Source: Mizuhopecten yessoensis (lineage: Eukaryota). Taken from it: a DNA stretch of 64,000 nt. Both the position numbers and the translations under genes were made by a program. The notes beneath the pieces were generated by a model. It was not told the DNA's origin, ran no database searches, and worked only from the letters and a program-made list of their open reading frames with translations. The DNA lies in assembly GCF_002113885.1 (NCBI RefSeq), contig NW_018408899.1:1904453-1968452 (forward strand), read 5' to 3'. How positions within the stretch are numbered: position 1 is the first letter of the stretch; each line of letters begins with the position of its first letter. Positions 40,001 to 50,100 of the stretch are shown piece by piece.

Positions 40001-42741
40001 ATCATTGACATTTTAACAAAGATCCTATCCTTCAGACTTTTCAAAATGTTAAACATTTTACGTTTTTAAGTTCAACATCAGCTGTAAATTATATGTACCC
40101 ACCTGGGTCCGCTAATCCTGTCGTCTCCAACAGGACATAGTCAAACTTGCCTTTCTTTGTCATCAAATTCTCAATGGCCTTCACACCATTATCTCTGTGT
40201 AAACAAAAATCATGTTATTGAACATTTTGAATGAAGGTTTATTTCACAAGAACATGTACATATAATTATAAAATATAATCAGCAACAATTTTTGAGGCTA
40301 TCTTTGATCAACACAGCAAAATAATTACACCGTTTGTAATAGCATAAACCATTAAAAATATCTTTCACAGAAAATCATGATTGTGCTAATTTAATAACCA
40401 ATTACCATGGCATAAATTAAAATAAATGACAGTTTTTAATAATCAAAGTCTAAAAATACTGTTAGAGTATTCTGTAGTACATAATGTACTGTACATACCT
40501 ACCAGGTAATATATTTTTTCAGCTTAGTCACACCCACCCCCTCCCCCTAACCTCTCTTCCTTAAGACACACATTCAACATATTTACTTTGCTTATACACA
40601 ATACACTGTATATTGATTTAAGTAAAACACATCCAACAAAAGTTTTTTGTTAGGATCCAGTAACTTACTGTACCATTCAGCTTTTATTACACATAAGTCA
40701 TATATAAATATCAAACATGTACTGTATCTACCCAGTGCACTTGAATAATTGTCTGAATAGGGATGAGATAACAGTTGTAAAGGTGAACTAACTGTCAGAT
40801 ACATTCCAAGAAAAAATCAAAACTGCTCTCTTTCTCATTATTCTTTAATACTGGAAAATAGTCTTGTCAGATTGCAAGACCGTCAGTCATCTGAGAGAAA
40901 GTGTATTATATTTTGTTAACAGGAAGGGCCAAAATGTAGGGGGTCTGACAAAGGGGAGCTCATATCATTTCAATAAGAGCCCAAGAAAAGGGAGGCAAAC
41001 TTTGTACTATGAAAACAGTATACATGTATCAACATTTCAGCTGCTAGTCTGATACTTACTTGACAGAACAACACAGACATCCATTGCGGAGTTCCAGCCA
41101 CTCCTCATAGAGTTCTCCCTCCTGTCCGATAGACATGGACTTCTCCACAGATTCACCTACAATTTCACAATAAATTCCACAATATTTCTCCAAAATCTCC
41201 TTCAACTAAAAGAAATCAATCACTGTGTTTATTAGGAGATTTCCTCTTATTTCATGTCCACTATACATTGTATTAGAGGGAAACATGTACTCCATTAGGA
41301 ACACAGTAACACCAAAATAGTTTGAGGATTTTAAATGTGTAAATTTCTATGTTTATATCATTTTAAATATTTTTGCTCTATCAAAAATAAAACATTTCAA
41401 AAAGATTTTCATGCACATGATAAATTAACTATTTCCTGTTCATCCTCAAAAATCGATGTTTCTAGCCATCCTTTCTATAATTATACATTTTGTACATACA
41501 ATGTTCCTTAAATTGTTACTTGGCACTCATTTTGTTCAATATCATTGACATTAATGATAGGGTTATCAGACTTGTTAACAGCATTATTGGCAAAAGTACA
41601 TTTGTATGTTTAATTATAATCATTGTAAGTGTAGACTCTGAAACTCACTTGTTAAATTATCTCCCGTGTTTTCCACTACAATAGGTCTATTACTTGATCA
41701 TTATAACTTATATTTCTAATAAAGGTCATGCTTACAGACATCTGCTTTAGAATGACATAAACAAGAAATACAGTATACGGCAAATAAAACTTCAGAACTG
41801 CAAAAATTATTCATTGGACATTCCAGAAAATCATACTGTTAATAAGACCCCAGGATATTGGACCAAATACCAGGTTTTAATCTGACAATAGACTAAACTG
41901 CAGTTAATAAGACCATAAACCAGATCACAGGAAATCAGACAAAGGAACAGGTTCAAGAAATGAATGTGCATACAAACTTTATTTATTTTACAACCATTAT
42001 ATAACAAGTTCTAGCAACTTATATTAATCCCTCTTGTTGGCCTGGATGTTAAATCGTGGCGGGTCTTAGGAGTACCCGGAGAAAACCCCTGTGGTCTGAC
42101 AGGCAGGGACCCCATAACCTCTCACATCCAATTGGGGATTACAATTTTTACTTCATATTTTTTCTTTAAGAAAATATTACCTTCACCAAATTCATTCATA
42201 ATGACAGCAATCTTCTTTCCATGTTGTTCAGATAAAACGTAGTTTAGAAGAGTTGTTTTCCCTGCACCTGAAATAACAAAGCTATATATAAGAACATGTA
42301 TTGCATGTTTAGTTACAAGCTTAATCTCATGAAACAACTTCAGTTAACCCAGGGTACTATGAAAAACGTTATCTGAACAGAGCGGTCTCTGAAAATTTGT
42401 TTTACATATAATTACAGATTTATCAAAAGTTAATTTCATCAGATAAATCCTTTTTAATGGGGTGATTTACAAAAAAATATTAATAATAAAAAAAAAAAAG
42501 TTAACACATACTGTATAAGAAATATCAACGATCCATTTATTTCATTCCACAGTACCTTCAGGTACAGCAGAGCTTGTATGAATTGAGTGCGTGGCCCCCC
42601 TGAGAGGGGTGGGGCTCAGTTAAAGGAAATAACAGTACTTTTGTTTTCTTGCCTACCTAAGAATCCGGTGATCACTGTTATTGGTACCCGTTTGACCTCT
42701 GCTGGCACGAGGTCAGGCATCTCATCCTCATCGTCGGACAT
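12985..42741 (-). CDS. ZNG1: Zinc-regulated GTPase metalloprotein activator 1 (COBW/COG0523 family), complete spliced gene, 14 coding exons, 360 aa
   Basis: Hand-spliced exons (42657-42741, 42181-42267, 41060-41156, 40103-40194, 37359-37418, 20825-20862, 20550-20596, 18725-18811, 17899-17943, 17065-17121, 16572-16632, 15674-15808, 14273-14399, 12985-13049) are all GT-AG and sum to 1083 nt in one open frame. Motifs: N-terminal MPDLVP (cf. CPELVP), P-loop GFLGAGKTT, NEFGE, GCLCC (CxCC), [12 protein letters not shown], and CobW_C RLKG...VQAVRELYD...RLVFIGKNLD. Confidence 0.95.
14273..14399 (-). CDS. ZNG1: ZNG1 coding exon 13 ([22 protein letters not shown]...RVNRLVFI)
   Basis: CobW_C; lies within ORF 14259-14525. 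The acceptor is aag| at 14400, with in-frame cag alternatives at 14427 and 14433. Confidence 0.9.
15674..15808 (-). CDS. ZNG1: ZNG1 coding exon 12 ([11 protein letters not shown]...DLLWEK...EIFRLK)
   Basis: Start of the CobW_C domain; canonical splice sites. Confidence 0.92.
16572..16632 (-). CDS. ZNG1: ZNG1 coding exon 11 ([20 protein letters not shown])
   Basis: Linker ending in H..DQ; the phases restore the frame exactly. Confidence 0.8.
17065..17121 (-). CDS. ZNG1: ZNG1 coding exon 10 ([18 protein letters not shown])
   Basis: Aligns to VDL..VLDL.AFD; ttttag| and |gtgtg; phase 2-2. Confidence 0.85.
17899..17943 (-). CDS. ZNG1: ZNG1 coding exon 9 ([14 protein letters not shown])
   Basis: Aligns to the RSING..ILET region; tttcag| and |gtagg. 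Confidence 0.9.
18320..18665 (-). mobile_element. Dimer of tRNA-derived units (SINE-like)
   Basis: Two related units (18320-18440, 18540-18662), each with minus-strand GGTAGCTCAAT A-box-like and GTTTGAATTC/TTCGAATCCC B-box-like motifs. Confidence 0.5.
18725..18811 (-). CDS. ZNG1: ZNG1 coding exon 8 ([28 protein letters not shown])
   Basis: G4 NKxD motif; canonical splice sites. Confidence 0.95.
19160..20130 (-). mobile_element. HINE/pearl-like non-autonomous element with ~120-bp internal repeats
   Basis: AACAAG end, hairpin AGATCCC...GGGATCT, subTIR GCCCACC, tandem units (caagatggc...ccattttg...catgcacaac...gggaacctac), degenerate GGAC tract, and end hairpin ccaccatca-tgatggtgg. Confidence 0.75.
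20550..20596 (-). CDS. ZNG1: ZNG1 coding exon 7 ([15 protein letters not shown])
   Basis: HL..E..DG..NEA motif; canonical splice sites. Confidence 0.9.
20825..20862 (-). CDS. ZNG1: ZNG1 coding exon 6 ([12 protein letters not shown])
   Basis: DGIITxVD motif continued across the 16.5-kb intron; ttcag| and |gtatg. Confidence 0.9.
21189..21690 (-). mobile_element. Truncated HINE-like element
   Basis: AACTAG end, three ~150-bp related units (ttttcaacaaaggg..ataact..), and a GGAC microsatellite at ~21657-21680. Confidence 0.6.
21690..21903 (+). mobile_element. 5'-truncated SINE body and tail
   Basis: Conserved cagtgaggtagcactataaa core (also at ~15370) and tail ccttaaatgacc.tagctgtt.atagga.gtt...(aacc)n, which recurs inverted at ~13155-13190 and ~44826-44880. 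Confidence 0.55.
22400..24200. repeat. ~48-50-bp minisatellite array upstream of receptor copy 1
   Basis: Unit actctatccatgtgtttatagtctaccaatcatggtcccttagagactgg; homogeneous core at ~22860-23290 with degenerate edges. Confidence 0.92.
25007..26317 (+). CDS. Intronless Cys-loop ligand-gated ion channel subunit (divergent nAChR-like, non-alpha), copy 1, nested antisense in a ZNG1 intron
   Basis: 436-aa ORF with a signal peptide, RPV, WxD, IWxP, Cys-loop [15 protein letters not shown], pre-M1 RR, M2 [19 protein letters not shown]3, and M4 after W..IA...DK. No vicinal Cys-Cys in loop C. Start context gagccATG. Confidence 0.95.
   Translation: MFRVPYIMFMVVCLHIISANTMDDVKTLLADLMGNYSVEVRPVKDQSMPVYVDVGMSLISINDFNEVTGVISVVAVISISWRDESLVWNPWSYNNTTLLTFSQKQIWVPKMYLVNPASEFKPISNKHFKVTVLANGFVNWAPGGVLQATCTPDVSKFPFDVQTCTILLNSYGYGTTQVSLTTQVPTINFSFFSTNTAWDIISTKTIVNSIIVTDIASFSITMSRRPLNFIVSVVIPIIMLSLVNPFVFILPFNYGERTSYSITVLLAFTVYMTVVSDRMPASSDPISQLSYYLLSMLGLSVLIVTMNIFQIRTYSKDDNQEPVPQWMKKFVMNCKKICQRGKADSKFKLQQDIKQTSSRNEPVKNNKIIRLHSIDETDIASKQATPKENDGSQTDSLQHENVTWHTIAQYTDKAYFVAFLVFTGVSSLGYFMGVIM
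28967..30526 (-). mobile_element. 5'-truncated, degenerate L1/Tx1-clade LINE (end of RT to C-terminal zinc knuckle)
   Basis: KSHVIWIGS...[24 protein letters not shown] motif, and ORF 28967-29830 with WLQFRINH and CNFC...[10 protein letters not shown] (zf-RVT). Confidence 0.85.
30520..32020. repeat. ~48-bp minisatellite array (same family) upstream of receptor copy 2
   Basis: Unit gctctatccatccgtatagtctgacaaacatggctcctaagagacttg. Short arrays of the same family lie at ~27105-27290 and ~28595-28680. Confidence 0.92.
33566..34873 (+). CDS. Intronless Cys-loop ligand-gated ion channel subunit (divergent nAChR-like), copy 2
   Basis: 435 aa from the ATG homologous to copy 1 (gagccATG at 33566). 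About 36 substitutions and one indel versus copy 1 (~92% identity); all Cys-loop and TM motifs intact. Confidence 0.95.
   Translation: MFRVSYIMFMVVCLHTVSANTMDDVKTLLADLMGNYSVEIRPVKDQSMPVYVDVGMNLISINDFNEVTGVISVVAVIFLSWRDESLVWNPWSYNNTTHLTFSQKQIWVPKMYLVNPASEFKPISNKHFKVTVLANGFVNWAPGGVLQASCTPDVSKFPFDVQTCTISLNSYGYGTTKVSLTTQVPTINLSLFSTNTAWDIISTKTIVNSDVFTDFASFSITMSRRPLNFIVSVVIPIIMLALVNPFVFILPFNSGERTSYSITVLLAFTVYMTVVSDRMPASSDPISQLSYYLLSMLGLSVLIVIMNIFQIRTYSKDDNQEPVPQWMKKLVMNCKKICQRGKVESKFKLQQDIKQTSSRNEPIKNNIIRLDSIDETDIANIQATPKETNVIQTDSLQHENVTWHTIAQYTDKAYFVAFLVFTGVSSLRYFIEVTT
35376..36450. repeat. 42-bp minisatellite downstream of receptor copy 2
   Basis: Unit tgtcatgtttgtgatgtcgttaagaatgcatacaactctctc, about 25 copies. 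Confidence 0.93.
37359..37418 (-). CDS. ZNG1: ZNG1 coding exon 5 ([19 protein letters not shown])
   Basis: Conserved FW-D-EL motif; ccatag| acceptor, |gtaat donor; phases match the neighbouring exons. Confidence 0.92.
37648..37845 (-). mobile_element. Short, internally deleted HINE of the same family as 51393
   Basis: Near-identical first ~180 bp to 51393-51575; ends with subTIR ctcaggtgacc. Confidence 0.7.
38134..38321. mobile_element. Palindromic MITE-like element
   Basis: attccgtttttgcgtattgcagagttatcttctcttggg... is inverted as ...cccaagagaagataactctgcaatacgcaaagacggaat. Confidence 0.75.
40103..40194 (-). CDS. ZNG1: ZNG1 coding exon 4 ([30 protein letters not shown])
   Basis: Walker B ExxG motif; canonical splice sites. 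Confidence 0.95.
41060..41156 (-). CDS. ZNG1: ZNG1 coding exon 3 ([32 protein letters not shown])
   Basis: CxCC metal-binding motif; canonical splice sites. Confidence 0.95.
42181..42267 (-). CDS. ZNG1: ZNG1 coding exon 2 ([29 protein letters not shown])
   Basis: Walker A motif; tttcag| acceptor and |gtaat donor. Confidence 0.95.
42657..42741 (-). CDS. ZNG1: ZNG1 coding exon 1 ([28 protein letters not shown])
   Basis: ATG at 42741-42739, donor TTAG|gtagg. An acceptor ttacag| at 42753 implies an upstream non-coding exon. Confidence 0.9.
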
Positions 42742-43229
42742 ATTTATATCAACTGTAATTAACAAGAAATTGTATCAGCTCAGCAGACAAAACATGAGGA
42801 CATACAGGCTTTGTACTCGCTTTCCCTCTCTGCACACTTGGAATATGTCATAACGAAATTGAAGGCTTAGTGTGCACTACTATGTGGATGAGACAAGGAG
42901 ACCCCCTTTCATGTACATCAAAAGAATCTTGCGGTTGCACAATTGTAAAATTGACTAGCTTTGAAGTCGGATGTCACTCCTCTGTAATCTTTAGAGGTCA
43001 TGTATCAGCCTCGGGATTGGTCAGGTGTTTTTTTACCTGAGACCAATCAAATAGCTAGCCTCGTGATGAGCTTAACTTTTGCGTTGACATATTCCAGGGG
43101 TGCAGAGGGCAAAAGTGAGCATTACCCCTGGAGTATGGGAGATGGCTTAAACTATGTACCAGGTTGTTTTTTTCAGCACTTTGTCAAAGAATACATTTCA
43201 AAAATTCATCAAATACTTAAAGGCTCCTT

Positions 43230-43444
43230 GGTTTACAATCGTTCAAAATTTTCCACCTGAGCGGACGCCATTTTTGAAGGTCAGGGAATGTCTAATCAAC
43301 GAGTCCTACTGATCCGGACCGAGAACAGAAAATATCATTCTTGTTTAGAATATTTCTGGACCGCCTCTTTTTGTTGATTAGCCACTACTCTGAAATACAA
43401 AAATGGCATCCGCTCAGGTGGGAAATTTTGAACGATTGTAAACC
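43230..43444. mobile_element. MITE-like inverted repeat (~47-bp arms)
   Basis: ggtttacaatcgttcaaaattttccacctgagcggacgccatttttg / caaaaatggcatccgctcaggtgggaaattttgaacgattgtaaacc. Confidence 0.75.
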
Positions 43445-45149
43445 GTTGACTCTACTGACGGAATTGAGCAGCTATTGGTGATAATAAGAGCAGATTTGAA
43501 TCCATAAATAATCCACTTATCGATATGGGTGTATGTGTTGTGTCATAGTCAATTTTTGTTGTCAGCACCTCAAAACTCTACACACGTTTTCATATAGCAG
43601 TGCGCTCTGGCCCCACACCAGACATATCTATCTGTCAAAATGTCAAAGTCTGGTGTCAGGGCCAGAGAATACTCGGGCTAACTTTAACTTTATGTTGTTT
43701 CCGACATACAAGTTTCTGGAAAAAAGTCACAGGATTTAAGTGTTCAAGTGGTACATTATGGGGACACACATTCTTCCGGTGTTCCTCTCAAACAAGGGTC
43801 GTTTTGGTATAAAAGGTTCAACCGGTCGGACCACAGTTGTTCGTTTATTAAATAATGTTGAACCCAGTAATCTTAGGCTAGCCTTGACATTAAGCCTTTT
43901 AGGGTCTGCATAAACATTTGCAGGTCTGTCAGTATAACCAAAATTGTTACATTTAAAAGCAGACATACCGGTTGTTCCGCATAAACGAACATACCGGTTG
44001 TTCCGCATAAACGAACAGGCCCAGGCCTAGGGTTAGCTGACAATCACATACTTCTACTTATAAATGGTAATGACCAAAACAAGTTGAAGATAATGTCATG
44101 AGGGAGAAAGAGATTTGGTCGATTCCAAGAAAGCCAATATAATATATACATGTACATCAAATTTAATTTGTGTTTTCTGACCTGGGTTCTGCAGTGTGGT
44201 ATTTGGAAGGATTGGTGATGGGCATGCCTTGATTGCCTGGTTGCTGGTATAAGTCTAGTGTGTTTCATACATGAGTATTTCATCCCACTTTTTATTTAAT
44301 CAGTATTGTTCTACTTTCTTTCAACTTTTACAAGAGACGTAATATATAAGCCAAAATGAAGGTAATACCCGGTTTCTTTGGAAGGTAAAAAGAATGAAAA
44401 CATTGATACATTTGTACCGCGAAATAGAACCTCCCGCAAATGACATTGTATCAGTCTGCAGCGATTGTGGCAGACTGGTGCAGTGTTTCTGTAGAAAAAC
44501 GATATCTCATTACATAACGCACCCCCAACACTCAAATCAATACCAGGCTGCATTTCAGTGTATAATTAAACTAGAAATCAATCTCACCTGTCAGTTTCAC
44601 GTGGTTTTGTTGATTTGACAATCCGGAGAAAACGAGAGAGTCAACAAAGGGGAATAACTCGATTCGAAGATTAAATAAAGGACTCACTGTATTCAGCGCA
44701 ACATTTCACGACGGAGTGTGGACAGACAATGAGAGCTTTAATTAGTTACAGAGACATCAAGCTTGCTTCTTGATTATTAGAAACTTGAACGCATACGGGA
44801 TATGAAAAAACTAATTGTTTGCTGAGGTTTGGTTTCATTTTGTTTAACTTCCTATTAATAGCTAAGGTCATTTAAGGACGTGCGTCCATGTGAAGTGTAT
44901 CGTACGCGCATGTTTGCGTGTGTGTATGTTCAATGTGGTGGTATACGCATATAAACATTGTATGAAGGGGAGACCAGGGCCGAGAAAATCTAAATCTGGC
45001 CATCCCAAATATTTTGAATTGACGGAACGTAAAGTTACGGCCCATGAAAAATGATGCGGAAAAATCTTTTTTTCTAAAGTTCCTTTTTTTATTTTCATGT
45101 TTGTGTTGCAATTGTAGAGTTCTTACCTTGTGATATAACAGACAACACA

Positions 45150-46681
45150 AGGTAAGAACACTGCAATTGCAACACAAACATGAACATAACAGCTACACTA
45201 ATATCACTTTCACTTCTTGCCACAACCAAGTCGAACACATTCCACAAACATAGAACACATATACACAACAACACACTCGGCTTCGACGAAAACAGACTCG
45301 CCCAACACGAAGAACACGACGCACCACTCACACTATTCCCAGCAATATCCACACGTCTCAAACACAAACACATTAAACCAAGCAACTCTTACATCTTTAT
45401 CCTCCTACTCGCAATATCATCAGACACTGAACTAAGCCCAGGGCCCAGAGCATGCGGAACATGCAACAAAACCGTCACATGGCAAACAAATGCTATATGC
45501 TGCGACACATGCGATACATGGTACCACACCAACTGCCAAGGCATGAAAACATCCTTCATGTATACTATACTGACATATCATGGGAGTGCATACAATGTGG
45601 CATGCCAAATTTTTCATCAACACTTTTCGATACCACATCAATACACTCCACAAACATATTTTCAGAACTAGATTCGATAAATTCCATAGACGACCCCACA
45701 AGCCCAGGCCCTCCAACAGCCACTTCCTCTCTCATAAAAAAACAACACACAACAACTCAACACAAACTCGACAATCCAATACGCATCACAACAATTAACT
45801 TCCAATCCATATCCAACAAAAAGCCAGACCTAGAAGAAATAATCCACGCAATCAAACCAGACATCATCATAGGTACGGAGACATGGCTAAATAGCACAAC
45901 TTCATCATACGAATACTTTCCAATAACACAGTACACAGTATATAGAAAAGACCGCACACCAAACGCAAAAGGACAAAGCCACGGTGGAGTACTACTCGCT
46001 ATCACAAACAAATACATCTCGCAACAACTTCCAGAATTAGAAACAGATAACGAATCCATTTGGGCCAACATCAAAATGTCAAACTCACATAACTTCATAG
46101 TAGATGCATACTACAGACTACCATCAGACAAAGGACATTCACTCACATAACTCGAAATATCCCTGAACAGAATAGGAACACAGAACAACACAATAACATT
46201 TATTAGCGGAGACTTCAACCTCCCACACATAGATTGGTCAAACAACACCACAACACCAGGCAAACCAGACACAACCCTATATCAACGCCTTCTAGACATC
46301 ATCGACGATAACTACATCACCCAAACCATAGACAAACCCACAAGAGGAGAACACATCCTTGACCTAACACTCACAAATCGTACATCCATCATCAATAAAC
46401 AAGAAATAGTCCCACCGATAGGCAAGGCAGATCACGACATCATATATACAGAAGCAGAGATTAGACTACAAAAATACGCCAACCACCTAGGAACATTAAC
46501 CTACTATATAACAAAGAAAACTGGGACAACATCAGAAAATTCCTCACTAATCTAAATAACAACTTTCAGGACCTAGAACATCAAAACACAGAAGACCTTT
46601 TGGTAAGTTTCAAAACAACACTCCATACATCTACAGAAAAAAACATTCCAATAAATCACTAACATACAAACACAGACTGCC
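45150..46681 (+). mobile_element. CR1/L2-group LINE ORF2, 5' part (2A-like motif, PHD finger, APE endonuclease), degenerate
   Basis: DTELSPGP, then CxxC...[13 protein letters not shown]...WECIQC (PHD, frameshifted), then INFQSI, IIGTETWL, YRKDR, GGVLLAI, YRLP, ISGDFNLPHIDW, PTRGEHILDL, DHD. Stops and frameshifts present. Confidence 0.9.
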
Positions 46682-46872
46682 TGTTGTGTTTGTGAAGGTC
46701 CTTTATCGTAAAGATACAACTCACAACAACACACGACTGCTAGGTTATTTAATGGCGGTTCACAACATACAAATACAGAGCATGCGCAAGGCATAAATCG
46801 GAACCATGCGGTCCGACACTACTTACAGGATAATAATCCGGATACATGTTAACCTTGGACATGAACATAACA
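46682..46872 (-). repeat. Complete 3' LTR (191 bp) of the Gypsy element
   Basis: TGTTATG...CACAACA termini on the minus strand, preceded by PPT AGGGGGAGAAAAG. The first ~90 bp recur at 51176. Confidence 0.9.
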
Positions 46873-47108
46873 CTTTTCTCCCCCTAAGCAAAGGTTTCCT
46901 TTAAACAATTATAAGGATTAGAATGTAGCTTCCCTGGCTCACTGTTCATTAATATCATTGATATTTAAAACTAAAGTTATTGTCCCTTGGTACATTGTCC
47001 ATACATTTTCAATTACCATAATTTGTCAAAATCATCTTACTGGTAACTTATACTATACCTAGTCTTAAACACTATTAATTTTAACAGTTTTTTGAACTCA
47101 TAACTCAT

Positions 47109-50100
47109 TTAACAGTTCTCAATGAGACGCGAAGGTTTCATAACTTCACGACGCGGATACCTATCGCTTGTAGCGATGGTTACAGGGTCTGCGCGCGTAA
47201 TTGGCACACTCGAAGTCTGTGGTGTACTAGCGACCTCACTGGGTTTAGTCTTTGGACTAGATGGTGATGACACCCTCTCAGTTCCCACGAACGGAATCGG
47301 TGGAAATACTGGGAGACAGTCTGGATAATGATGCATGTCAGAAACTATTTGTTCTGGAGTTGCCATGTTACAGTTTACATCACAAGCACGCATCTGATCA
47401 ACATGTCTCTTCCATGTTAGGTTGTCCACCTGGATGGTGTATGTAAGGGGTCCTAGTTTGCGAAGCACAATGCCTTTGCTCCATGTAGGTTTCCTCGGGT
47501 TTCCGCGATAGTCTCGGGTAATCACAATGTCACCGACTTCAAAATAACGAGTCTTTGACACTGTAGGGGTAGTCTTTTGTTGTATATTCCCCGACAGATC
47601 TGGACGCATGACATCAAGTCTGGTTCTTAACTTTCTGCCTAGGAATAGTTCACTGGGGATAGTCTTGGTAAGACTATGGGGTGTGGTACGATAGGACAAA
47701 AGAAACGAAGCAAGTTTCTGGTTCAGTGTACCACCTTCCCAAGCCATTGATTTCATAGCTTGCTTAAAAGTACGCACTGCTCTCTCTGCCTCACCATTTG
47801 AACTTGGGTGATATGTTGCAGAAAGAATATGACGCACGCCGTTTTCCTTGAGAAATGTGGTAAACTCGGCCGCGGTGAACTGAGGACCATTATCGGAAAC
47901 CAGTTCTTTTGGTAAACCATAAGACGCGAACAAATACCTCAAGGCGTTGATGGAACTTGTCGTAGTTGTCGAAGACATACGTATTACGTCAAGCCACTTC
48001 GAATGCGCGTCAGCTACGATCATGTACATTTCATCCATAAATGGACCGGCGAAGTCGATATGGATACGACTCCATGGCGCTGAAGGCCATCTCCCAGGGT
48101 TTGCAGGAGACTTGGGCGCATTAGGAAGTACTTTCCGACATGCTTCACAGGCTGACACTTTACGCTCAATGTCAACATCCATGTTTGGCCACCACGCGTG
48201 TAACCGAGCCAGAGATTTCATTCTCACGATTCCTGGGTGGTTGCTATGCAACTCGTCTAAGATATCCGTCTGATATCGTTCGGGTATGATCACGCGTATA
48301 CCTCGGAGTAAACATCCTTCCTCGATGGTCAACTCCTCTCTTATCCGGTGATACGGTTGTAGATCATCCTTGGAATGGACATTTGGCCATCCACTTCTGG
48401 TAAATTCCATCACACGAGACCGAATTGGATCGGCTTTGGTCGCCGCTGCGATACGCGAAGCGGTAACGGTTAAGTTGTTAACCTGCATTTTGTTAACTAA
48501 CTCAGCTTCCTCATAGAAAACATAGTCGTCACGGTTGCTACTTATATCCTCTTTCAATGGAAAGCGCGATAACGCGTCAGCATTTCCGCTTTTGTCGGTC
48601 GTTCGAAACTTAATGTCAAACTGGTACGCGGACAGCTGGATTGCCCATCGCTGTAACCGTGATGCTGCAAAAACCGGAATGCCTTTCTTTGGCCCCAAGA
48701 TCGTTGTCAGAGGCTTGTGATCTGTTAAAAGCGTAAAACGCCGTCCATAGAGGTACTGGTGAAACTTTTGAATTCCAAAAATAATAGCCAACGCGTCTTT
48801 CTCTATCTGAGAATAATTCTATTCGGCCGACGTCAAGGTACTGGACGCGTACGCGATCGGTTTGTCGCTCGACTCGATGGTATGTGAAATTTACCGCTCC
48901 GAGCCCGTAGGCTGAGGCGTCTACAGCCAGCATTAACGGTTTCTGTGAATCATAGTGGACCATGACCTCAGACGATACTAAGAGTTTTTTGATAGTGTCA
49001 CAAGCACTAGCACACGCCGGGGTCCACTGCCATTCTACATCGTTTGCTAACAAATGAGTCAGAGGCTCTGCGACTGTAGCCATGTTCGGATGGACATGCG
49101 GTAATAATTGACAATACCGAGCCACGATTGAAGCTCACGCTTGGTTTGGGGATCAACCATTTTCAAAATGGCTTCCACCTTCCTCGGTGAAGGATGGATA
49201 CCGTCCTTGTTGACCTTAAACGCGAAATATTCTACTTCGTCGCGCATGAAGAAACACTTGGTTTTCTTTAGTCGGATACCGAAATCCTCTAGTCGCTGAA
49301 GCGTTGTGTCGAGATTGTGACGGTGTTCGGCGTCAGATTTTCCCGTGATTAGAATATCATCTAATATGCATCTGACACCTTCAATACCTTGCAGGACCTG
49401 GTCCATAGTGCGTTGAAATATGGCGGGAGCAGCCGCTACGCCAAACGGAAGACGCGTGTACCGATACAAGCCGCGGTGCGTGGTGATGGTAACTAACTTC
49501 CGTGACTCCTCATCCAACAACACTTGTTGGTCAGATTCAGTTCTGATCACCACCATTCAACTTTGCGAACAACTCCTCGCTGGTCGGTAACGGGTATTCT
49601 GGAACATCCAAGTAGGGATTAATAGTGACTTTATAGTCTCCACATATCCTCACAGAACCATCAGGTTTTAACACTGGTACACTGGGAGTGGCCCAAACTC
49701 TCCACCTTTTCGAGAATTCCAGCCTTTTCAAGTCGGTCAAGTTCTTCGCCGATCTTGTCTTTGAGAGCGAAAGGCACGTACCTTGGTTCGAAGAACTTAG
49801 GGATAGCATCCTCCTTTAATCGGAGGCTAGCAGTTACTCCCTTCACAGTACCCAACTCTTCATTGAACACTTTGTACTTCTGGAAGAGTTTCTCTTGTGA
49901 ATGTCCATTGATGGTGTAGTTGATAGATTGCCAGTTAAGTTTAACTTCCTCAACCAGTTTCTACCAAGCAATGCTGGTCCATCAGCCTTGACCACGAGTA
50001 ACGGCAATGACACCTGTTGGTCTCCATACTGTAGCATCACAGACATCTCCCCGACAACTCGTAAAAGTTGACCTGTGTATGTCCTCAGAGCTGTTGACGT

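Noticed and set aside
47109-48791. 560-aa ORF as a domesticated integrase gene
   Set aside because: It is the frameshift-bounded tail of a decayed Gypsy pol that still has LTR, PPT and PBS.
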